In this document: positions 58,492 to 64,000 of the stretch, one piece after another
How the letters are laid out: every line of letters starts with the position of its first letter
Numbering within the stretch: the first letter of the stretch is position 1
Source of the DNA: Paracoccaceae bacterium
Lineage (GTDB): Bacteria > Pseudomonadota > Alphaproteobacteria > Rhodobacterales > Rhodobacteraceae
Assembly (NCBI GenBank): GCA_018222585.1
Contig: JAAFAB010000003.1
Span: forward strand, 249,781-313,780
DNA length: 64,000 nucleotides
Direction: 5' to 3'
Translations under genes and position numbers: made by a program
The notes under the pieces: model-generated
Database searches by the model: none
What the model was told of the DNA's origin: nothing
What the model saw: only the letters and a program-made list of their open reading frames with translations

Positions 58492-60225
58492 GTGACGCTG
58501 GTTAACGTCATCCCATTGAAAGAGTTAACGTTTTATGATCTGGCCCTGGCCCTCTTGCTGGGCCTCGCACTGACGGCGGTCAGCCTGGTCCTGCTGCTGG
58601 GCCCCCGGGGGCCGCGCCTTCGCCTGCGGCGTCAGCGGCGCAGATCCGCCGGGGCCTCCGAGGTGCATTTCCGGTTTACCGGCGCGCAGCTCAGCGACGC
58701 GCCGGAGGACTGGCGCGCCCTGCTGACCGCCACCGCCGAAGAAAGCGACTGGTCCCGCACGCGGCAGGTGCTGTCGACCCGTTTCCCCGGTGTGCCTCAG
58801 CGCCCAGGGCAGGTGCCGGACACGCCGCTTCGGCTGGTCGCGGGCCGTACCGGGGACCCGGCACTGCTGGTGCTGTGCCGTCAGGGCGACAGCCTCTCGG
58901 TGACCCTCAGCGAGACCCGCGCCGCCAGCCTGTCGGACCGCTACGCGGCGCTGGATGCGGGCCAGGGCCGCGACCAGCTGGCCGATCGGGTCGAGGCCCT
59001 GCCGATCCCGGTCTGGACCATGGCCGAGGGCGGCATCGTGACCTCGGCCAATGCCGCTTTCCGCGAGATCGGCGACCGTTTCGCCGCCTCGCACGAGGCC
59101 GTGGCGCCGCTGTTGCGCAGCGGCGATCCCTCGGAGGACCGTCCGGCCTTCGCCTATCGCGCCCTGCTTCCCGCACCCGGTCGGCAGGCAGAAACCTGGG
59201 TGGATGTCTCGGCGCGGCGCCGGGAGGGCAGCTGGGAATGCAGCGCGCTGGATGTCAGCGCCCTGGTCAAGGCCGAGCGGGCGCAGCGCAATTTCGTCCA
59301 GACCCTGACCAAGACCTTTGCCCAGCTCTCGACCGGGCTGGCGATCTTCGACCGCGACCGGCAGCTGATCCTCTTCAACCCGGCGCTGCTGGACCTGACC
59401 CAGCTCACCCCCGAGTTCCTGGCCTCGCGCCCGGCGCTGACGCATTTCTTCGACCACCTGCGCGATCGCCAGATCATGCCCGAACCGAAAAGCTACACCT
59501 CCTGGCGTGACCAGCTGACCGCCCTGGTCAGCGCCGCCGCCCATGGCCGCTACCAGGAGACCTGGAGCCTGGCCAACGGCGCCACCTACCGGGTCACCGG
59601 GCGGCCCCATCCCAATGGCGCCGTGGCCTTCCTGTTCGAGGACATCACCGATCACATCGCCATGACAAGGCGCTTCCGCCAGCAGCTTTCGCTGAGCCAG
59701 AGCGTGCTGGATGCCTTCAGCGACGCCATCGCGATCTTCGACGCCGAGGCGCTGCTGACCCATTGCAACCGCGCCTACCAGCAGCTCTTCAGGCTCGACC
59801 CGGCGCAGCTGAACGGCGAGGTAAGCGCCACCCGCGCCCATGAGAGCTGGTCGGCGCGGGCGCTGTCGCCGCGCGGGCTGGACGAGGTGCTGGCCCAGAT
59901 CGTCACCCGCCAGGCCCGCGATCCCAGCCACCACGTCCTGCTGCTGCGCGAGGCCGGAGAGGTCGAGGTCAGGGTGCTGCCGCTGGTCGGCGGGGCGCGC
60001 ATGGTGACCTTCAGCGCCGGCCGGCCCGTTCCCCTGGCCCCGGCATTGCCCGGCGCGGTGATCGACGGAAGGGTCGACGGCCTGGCCGGGGAGATTGGCG
60101 ACGGGCTGACCCCGGCCACTCCGGCCGGACGGCCAGCGTCCCGTCCCGGCCCCCGCACCATGGGCCGACCTGATGTCAGACCCGGGACAAGTCGCGCCGA
60201 AAGTGCCGTGGCGGGTGGCGCCTAG
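58492..60225 (+). CDS. divL: Multi-PAS protein without kinase domain (Rhodobacterales DivL-like)
   Basis: N-terminal TM, PAS-type segments (GLAIFDRDRQLILFNPA...FFDHLRDRQIMPEPK..., ETWSLANG), no H-box; position between regB and tsaE matches R. capsulatus divL; start uncertain. Confidence 0.7.
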   Translation: MTLVNVIPLKELTFYDLALALLLGLALTAVSLVLLLGPRGPRLRLRRQRRRSAGASEVHFRFTGAQLSDAPEDWRALLTATAEESDWSRTRQVLSTRFPGVPQRPGQVPDTPLRLVAGRTGDPALLVLCRQGDSLSVTLSETRAASLSDRYAALDAGQGRDQLADRVEALPIPVWTMAEGGIVTSANAAFREIGDRFAASHEAVAPLLRSGDPSEDRPAFAYRALLPAPGRQAETWVDVSARRREGSWECSALDVSALVKAERAQRNFVQTLTKTFAQLSTGLAIFDRDRQLILFNPALLDLTQLTPEFLASRPALTHFFDHLRDRQIMPEPKSYTSWRDQLTALVSAAAHGRYQETWSLANGATYRVTGRPHPNGAVAFLFEDITDHIAMTRRFRQQLSLSQSVLDAFSDAIAIFDAEALLTHCNRAYQQLFRLDPAQLNGEVSATRAHESWSARALSPRGLDEVLAQIVTRQARDPSHHVLLLREAGEVEVRVLPLVGGARMVTFSAGRPVPLAPALPGAVIDGRVDGLAGEIGDGLTPATPAGRPASRPGPRTMGRPDVRPGTSRAESAVAGGA

Positions 60226-60266
60226 ATCGCCCTTGCGGGTGAGACATGGCAGGATATTGTCCTGCC

Positions 60267-60740
60267 ATGAGCAGCCCCTTCCGCACCGAGATCCGGCTGG
60301 CCTCCGCCGAGGAGACCGCCCGCCTTGCCACCCGCATCGCCCCCCGGCTGGAAGCGGGCGACGTGCTGCTGCTTTCGGGCGGCATCGGGGCGGGCAAGAC
60401 CCATTTCGCCCGCGCCCTGATCCAGTCCCTGCTGGTCGAGCCCGAGGATGTGCCCTCGCCCACCTTCACCCTGGTGCAGGAGTACGAGACCACCGCCGGA
60501 ACGCTCTGGCACGCCGACCTCTACCGGCTGTCGGATCCGCTGGAGGTCGTGGAACTGGGGCTGGAAGAGGCATTTTCCGACGCCATCTGCCTGGTCGAAT
60601 GGCCCGACCGGCTGGCCGACCTGACCCCGCCCGGCGCCCTCGCGCTTGAGCTGACCCCCGACGGCCCCGGCGACGCCCGGTTGCTGCGGATCGAGGGCCC
60701 GGCCGACTGGGCCACGCGCCTCGCCGGGGTGCTGACATGA
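60267..60740 (+). CDS. tsaE: t6A biosynthesis ATPase TsaE
   Basis: GGIGAGKT, SPTFTLV, HADLYRL, VEWP. Confidence 0.96.
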   Translation: MSSPFRTEIRLASAEETARLATRIAPRLEAGDVLLLSGGIGAGKTHFARALIQSLLVEPEDVPSPTFTLVQEYETTAGTLWHADLYRLSDPLEVVELGLEEAFSDAICLVEWPDRLADLTPPGALALELTPDGPGDARLLRIEGPADWATRLAGVLT

Positions 60741-61723
60741 GCGAAACCGCCAAGCGCGCCTTTCTCACCGGCACCGGCTGGGAGACCGCCCGCATCGCGC
60801 CACTGGCCGGCGATGCCTCGGCGCGCGCCTATGACCGGCTGCACCTGGGCGATCGCTCGACGATCCTGATGATCCTGCCCGAGGGCAGCGCGGGTGAGCT
60901 TGCCGCCTTCTGCCGCATCGCGGACCACCTCTCGCGCCTCGGGCTGGCCGCCCCGGCTCTGCTGAAACGCGATCCCGATGCGCGTTTCCTGCTGCTGGAG
61001 GACCTGGGCGAGGGGCTTTTCCCGCTGGTCCGCGAGCCGGGTCCGGCGCAGCTTTACACCGAAGCCGCCGCGGTACTGCTGCACCTGCATCGCGCGCCGC
61101 CACCCGCAGGGCTGGCGCGCTACGACAGCGCCGCCATGGCCGCGGCCTGTGACCTGGCCTGGCAGTGGTATCGCCCGGCGCTGACCCCTGGCCCCGGCGA
61201 TTTCGACGGCTTCCGCGCACTGTTCCGCGAGCATCTCGCGCCGCTGGATGCCACCCCGCCGGTGCTGCTGCTGCGCGACTACCACGCCGAGAACCTGATC
61301 TGGCGCGGGACGGGCGAGGGGCTGACCCGTGTCGGGCTGCTGGATTTCCAGGACGCCCTGCTGGGAAATCCGGCCTATGACCTTGCCTCTCTGCTGCTGG
61401 ACGCGCGCCACGATGTCGATCCCACCATGGCCGAGGCGCTGATCGACAGCTTCGCGGCGCAGCGTAAAGACGACCCCACCGCTTTCCGCCGTGCCTTCGC
61501 CCTGATGGGCCTGCAACGCAACCTGCGCCTTCTGGGCATCTTCACCCGCCTCGCCCTGCGCGACGGCAAGCCGCGTTACCTGGCCTTCCTGCCCCGCGTC
61601 TGGCGCCACGTCGAGACCTGCCTTGCGCAGCTCGACACCCCCGATCTGACGCAGGCAATCCGCACCGACTTGCCCGCGCCCGACGCTGCCACCATCCTGA
61701 GATTGCAAGACAAATGCGCCTGA
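60737..61723 (+). CDS. amgK: Anomeric MurNAc/GlcNAc kinase (APH fold)
   Basis: GDASARAYDR, LLEDLG, RDYHAENL, LDFQDA; lies between tsaE and murU. Confidence 0.85.
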   Translation: MSETAKRAFLTGTGWETARIAPLAGDASARAYDRLHLGDRSTILMILPEGSAGELAAFCRIADHLSRLGLAAPALLKRDPDARFLLLEDLGEGLFPLVREPGPAQLYTEAAAVLLHLHRAPPPAGLARYDSAAMAAACDLAWQWYRPALTPGPGDFDGFRALFREHLAPLDATPPVLLLRDYHAENLIWRGTGEGLTRVGLLDFQDALLGNPAYDLASLLLDARHDVDPTMAEALIDSFAAQRKDDPTAFRRAFALMGLQRNLRLLGIFTRLALRDGKPRYLAFLPRVWRHVETCLAQLDTPDLTQAIRTDLPAPDAATILRLQDKCA

Positions 61724-62409
61724 CACAGGTCCCTGACACCCCGGTGTCCCTGATGCTCTTTGCTGCCGGCTTCGGGCACCGGATGCGGCCGCTGACCGAT
61801 GACCGCCCCAAGCCGCTGATCGAGGTGGCCGGGCGCAGCCTGCTGGATCACGCGCTGGCGCAGCGCGGCGGGCTGGCGCTGACCTGCGTGATCAACGCCC
61901 ATTACCGCGCCGACGAGATCGCCGCCCATGTGGCCAACCGCGACATCGCGCTGAGCCGCGAAGACGGAGAGATCCTGGAAACCGGCGGCGGGCTGCGCCA
62001 CGCGCTGCCGCTGCTCGGCGCCGGGCCGGTCTTTGCGCTGAACACCGATGCGGTCTGGCACGGGCCTGCCGCGCTGCCGCTGCTGGCAGAGGCCTGGGAT
62101 CCGGCGCGCATGGATGGCCTGCTGCTCTGCGTGCCGCGCGACAGGGCGCGCGGGCACCGGGGGCAGGGGGATTTCCTGCTGGATGCCGAGGGCCGCGCCA
62201 CCCCCGGCCCCGGCCTGGTCTATACCGGCGCGCAGATCCTCAGGACAGAGCTGCTGTCAGAGATCGCCGCCAGCAGCTTCTCGGTCTGGGAGTTGTGGAA
62301 GCTGATGATGGCGCGCGGCACCTTCCATGCCACCACCTACCCGGGCCTGTGGTGCGATGTCGGCCAGCCCGAAAGCATCGCCCTGGCCGAGGAGATGCTG
62401 CGTGAGTGA
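61714..62409 (+). CDS. murU: MurNAc-alpha-1-phosphate uridylyltransferase
   Basis: AAGFGHRMRPLTDDRPKPL, ETGGGL, WCDVG. Confidence 0.85.
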   Translation: MRLTQVPDTPVSLMLFAAGFGHRMRPLTDDRPKPLIEVAGRSLLDHALAQRGGLALTCVINAHYRADEIAAHVANRDIALSREDGEILETGGGLRHALPLLGAGPVFALNTDAVWHGPAALPLLAEAWDPARMDGLLLCVPRDRARGHRGQGDFLLDAEGRATPGPGLVYTGAQILRTELLSEIAASSFSVWELWKLMMARGTFHATTYPGLWCDVGQPESIALAEEMLRE

Positions 62410-64000
62410 CCCGCTGACCCTGCCCCGCCTCTTCGACACCCCCGGCCCGCGCCTCTTCGGGCTGCCGCCGGGGTCGGACTTTCCCGCCGACCTGCTGGCC
62501 GGGCTCGAGGCGCGCCTTGGCGAGGCCCCGCCGCACCAGCGCGCAAGGGTGCAGATCATCGTCAACACCCAGCGGATGCGGCGCCGCCTGCGGCGGCTCT
62601 TCGATGCGGGGCCGGCAGCACTGCTGCCGCGCGTCGATCTGCTGACCGACCTGGAGTGCCGCGCGCCGATCCCCCCTGCGGTGTCCTCGATCCGGCGGCG
62701 GCTCGAGCTGATCCGCCTGATCTCGGCCCTGCTGGATGCCGAGCCCGAGCTGGCCCCGCGCGCCGCGCTCTACGATCTGGCCGACAGCCTGGCCCGGCTG
62801 CTGGACGAGATGCAGGGCGAGCGGGTGACGCTGGAGGATATCGCAGCCCTCGACGTCTCGGACCTGTCCGGCCACTGGGCCCGGGCGCAGCGGTTCCTTG
62901 AAATCGTCGGACAGGTGCCCCGCGCCGATGACCTGCCCGACCCCGAGGAACGCCAGCGCCGCGTGGTCGAGACGCTGATCGCCGAATGGGACGCCGCGCC
63001 GCCGCAGCACCCGGTGATCCTTGCGGGCTCGACCGGGTCGCGCGGGGCAACGCACCTGCTGATGCAGGCCGTGGCGCGGCTGCCGCAGGGCGCCGTTCTG
63101 CTGCCCGGCTACGATTTCGACCTGCCGCAAGCGATCTGGGACCAGCTGGACGATCCGCTGACCGGCGAGGACCATCCCCAGTTCCGCTTCCGCAAGCTGA
63201 TGCTGGGCCTCGGGCTGGAACCGGGCGACGTGCAACAATGGGCCCCGGCGGCGTGCAACCCGGCGCGCAACCGGCTCATCTCCCTCGCCCTGCGCCCAGC
63301 CCCGGTGACGCACCAGTGGCTTGAGGAAGGACCCGGCCTTGGCGCGCTGGAACCGCCGCTTGAGAGGATCACGCTGGTCAAGGCGCCCGGCCCCCGGGCC
63401 GAGGCCATGGCCATCGCCCTGCGGATGCGCCATGCCGCCGAGTCGGGCGAGGTCGCCGCGCTGATCACGCCGGACCGCAGCCTGACCCGTCAGGTCTCGG
63501 CGGCGCTGACCCGCTGGGGGATCCTGCCGGACGACTCTGCCGGGACGCCCTTGCAGACCACCGCGCCCGGACGCCTGCTGCGGCAGGTCGCCGACCTCTT
63601 CGATGCGCCGCCCTCGGCGGTCAGGCTGCTGGCCTTGCTGAAACATCCGCTGACCCATACCGGCAGCGCGCGCGGCCCGCACCTGGAGCTGACCCGCAAG
63701 CTTGAACTGTTCCTGCGCCGCGAGGCCCGGCCCCATCCCGGCCCCGAGGATATCCGGGCCTTCATCGAGCGCCAGCAGGACCCGCTGGCGCCGGACTGGG
63801 CGGGATGGCTTTGCGACTGGGCCTTCACCACCGCCGATCCCGGCCCCGTGCCCCTGGCCGAAAGGGTCGCGGCACACATGGCGCTGGCCGAGAGGATCTC
63901 TCGGGGCTCGGCCCCCGAAACCGAGGGCACCCTGTGGAAGAAGGACGCGGGCGAGGCGGCGCTGCGGGTGATGCAGAAGCTGTCCGAAGACGCGGACTAC
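62402..64000 (+). CDS. addB: Double-strand break repair protein AddB (5' part, runs off the window)
   Basis: GTG at 62402 gives MSDPLTLPRLFDTPGPRLFGLPPGSDFPADLL; internal AGSTGS, EDHPQF, ALITPDR..RQV, DDSAG, LLKHPL; not in the ORF track because no stop codon falls in the window. Confidence 0.9.
   Translation, partial: MSDPLTLPRLFDTPGPRLFGLPPGSDFPADLLAGLEARLGEAPPHQRARVQIIVNTQRMRRRLRRLFDAGPAALLPRVDLLTDLECRAPIPPAVSSIRRRLELIRLISALLDAEPELAPRAALYDLADSLARLLDEMQGERVTLEDIAALDVSDLSGHWARAQRFLEIVGQVPRADDLPDPEERQRRVVETLIAEWDAAPPQHPVILAGSTGSRGATHLLMQAVARLPQGAVLLPGYDFDLPQAIWDQLDDPLTGEDHPQFRFRKLMLGLGLEPGDVQQWAPAACNPARNRLISLALRPAPVTHQWLEEGPGLGALEPPLERITLVKAPGPRAEAMAIALRMRHAAESGEVAALITPDRSLTRQVSAALTRWGILPDDSAGTPLQTTAPGRLLRQVADLFDAPPSAVRLLALLKHPLTHTGSARGPHLELTRKLELFLRREARPHPGPEDIRAFIERQQDPLAPDWAGWLCDWAFTTADPGPVPLAERVAAHMALAERISRGSAPETEGTLWKKDAGEAALRVMQKLSEDADY

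Overview
GC-rich (roughly 68-70%, estimated by eye) alphaproteobacterial chromosome segment. Gene content and order point to Rhodobacteraceae/Roseobacteraceae; the genus cannot be determined. Left to right: a five-gene flagellar block (motB-flgE-flgK-flgL-flgI); divergent PMM/PGM and glmM; a complete assimilatory nitrate locus (nasT-nasS, ANTAR leader, ABC transporter, single-domain globin, nirB-nirD-nasA, ybiB-like gene); an accessory stretch (orphan SAM methyltransferase behind a perfect CtrA box, pirin, ada, unknown membrane protein, ridA); a small decayed islet at the 3' end of tRNA-Thr(CGT); hemY-mic60-hemD divergent from tsaD-gpsA-yciI-EVE; a candidate sRNA; usp-agcS; ahcY; GT8; HD hydrolase; GNAT-Lrp-LysE; putA/putR; a pcaR-pcaIJF cassette bracketed by two near-identical ~230-bp palindromic elements; frmA-fghA; TetR; regA/regB without senC; and divL-tsaE-amgK-murU-addB (truncated by the window). 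No transposase, integrase or CRISPR array was seen. Best leads: the repeat-bracketed pca cassette and the conserved structured core of its repeats, the candidate sRNA, the CtrA-box methyltransferase, and the globin and YbiB genes embedded in the nitrate operon. All calls come from reading the sequence and the ORF track; no searches were run, and start codons were chosen by eye.
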